Assembly (NCBI GenBank): GCA_007136405.1
Contig: SLHA01000132.1
Coordinates: forward strand, 3,814 to 67,813
Direction: 5' to 3'
DNA from: Candidatus Latescibacterota bacterium
Lineage (GTDB): Bacteria > Latescibacterota > UBA2968 > UBA8231
Length of the DNA: 64,000 nucleotides
Every line of letters begins with the position of its first letter. The stretch's first letter is position 1. The notes under the pieces were generated by a model. It saw only the letters and a list, made by a program, of their open reading frames with translations, was not told where the DNA came from and searched no databases. The translations under genes and the position numbers were made by a program. Positions 63,694-64,000 of this stretch are shown in pieces.

Positions 63694-64000
63694 TCAGGCC
63701 GGCACACGCTGTTCCGGCAACCACCAGAGTTCCGTACGATTCCGCTGCACCAGCTCCATCGCCCTATTCAGCAACGCCTGTTCGTCATCCGCGGACAGGG
63801 GGTGGAAGGCGGTGGCAACAGCCACGTTTTCCTCTACGTGCTGCACCGTGTCCATGCCGACGATGGCCACGTCAACTGGCTGTCCCATGGCGTAACGGAT
63901 GTAGTCGGCCCGATCCGCTGCCGGCGCCTGGCCGTAAGCCATGACTTTCATGCCGATGGTCCCCATACCCCGCGCCCGGGCTGCAGTCAGGCTGCTGCGC
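63694..64000 (-). CDS. Aldo/keto reductase family protein; C-terminal part only, 5' end lies outside the window
   Basis: The frame stays open upstream of the listed ATG to the window edge (..LTAARARGMGTIGMKVMAYG). The C-terminal helix pattern is typical of AKRs. Confidence 0.6.
   Translation of the reverse strand, partial: RSSLTAARARGMGTIGMKVMAYGQAPAADRADYIRYAMGQPVDVAIVGMDTVQHVEENVAVATAFHPLSADDEQALLNRAMELVQRNRTELWWLPEQRVPA

Noticed and set aside
1-64000. tRNA, rRNA, tmRNA, transposase/integrase, prophage or defence-system genes
   Set aside because: I inspected every intergenic spacer longer than 80 bp by eye and saw no cloverleaf-like GTTCRANYC/T-loop context. No ORF has recombinase, nuclease-helicase, toxin-antitoxin or Cas-like motifs. 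The window looks like core chromosome rather than a mobile or defence island.

Overview
High-GC (by eye about 63-65%), gene-dense bacterial chromosomal segment. I call about 47 protein-coding genes on both strands. I found no rRNA or tRNA, no transposase or integrase, and no CRISPR array or cas genes. Many long ORFs in the track are off-frame or antisense artefacts of the high GC content; I kept only ORFs with recognisable family motifs or good start-site context.

Gene content, left to right:
- A plus-strand string: SPL-type radical SAM (partial), Cys-type sulfatase, URO-D-fold protein, glycyl-radical enzyme (GRE), GH38 alpha-mannosidase.
- An erythromycin-esterase-like gene followed by a TetR gene.
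- A second URO-D-fold gene.
- A metal block: cbiM-cbiQ-cbiO without cbiN, followed in the same direction by an RcnA/NicO homologue that carries a large periplasmic N-domain.
- Three secreted proteases (HEXXH, M28, C25/gingipain-like). Each ends in a domain that looks like a T9SS type-A C-terminal sorting domain. A glutaminyl cyclase and a ZnuABC-like importer sit among them, with cysS.
- hpf.
- A tightly coupled six-gene operon: ABC ATPase, ABC-2 permease, internally duplicated GldG-like protein, DUF4340-like protein, amidohydrolase, Lrp/AsnC regulator.
- An IMPDH-family gene.
- An acyl-CoA dehydrogenase / ETF-QO / EtfB / EtfA operon.
- Gfo/Idh/MocA oxidoreductase, MlrC-like protein, GT4 glycosyltransferase, thioredoxin-TPR protein.
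- An ABC exporter with an N-terminal extension, paired with a DUF1854-like partner.
- Aminotransferase, RbsD/FucU, two DUF2294 paralogues, a cytidylate-kinase-like protein, a TPP enzyme and a partial aldo/keto reductase.

The T9SS-type sorting domains suggest an FCB-superphylum-like organism, and the GRE suggests an anaerobic lifestyle. Both are inferences.

The features least explained by the gene calls:
- The GRE locus, which has no PflA-type activase in the window.
- The cbiN-less ECF importer co-operonic with an RcnA fusion.
- The duplicated GldG operon.
- The ABC/DUF1854 pair.
- An unusually high number of perfect short tandem duplications and palindromes in intergenic spacers, including a recurring CCATGGC..ATCC..GC mini-repeat downstream of two protease genes.

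All family assignments come from motif recognition by eye and from memory. No database search was run.
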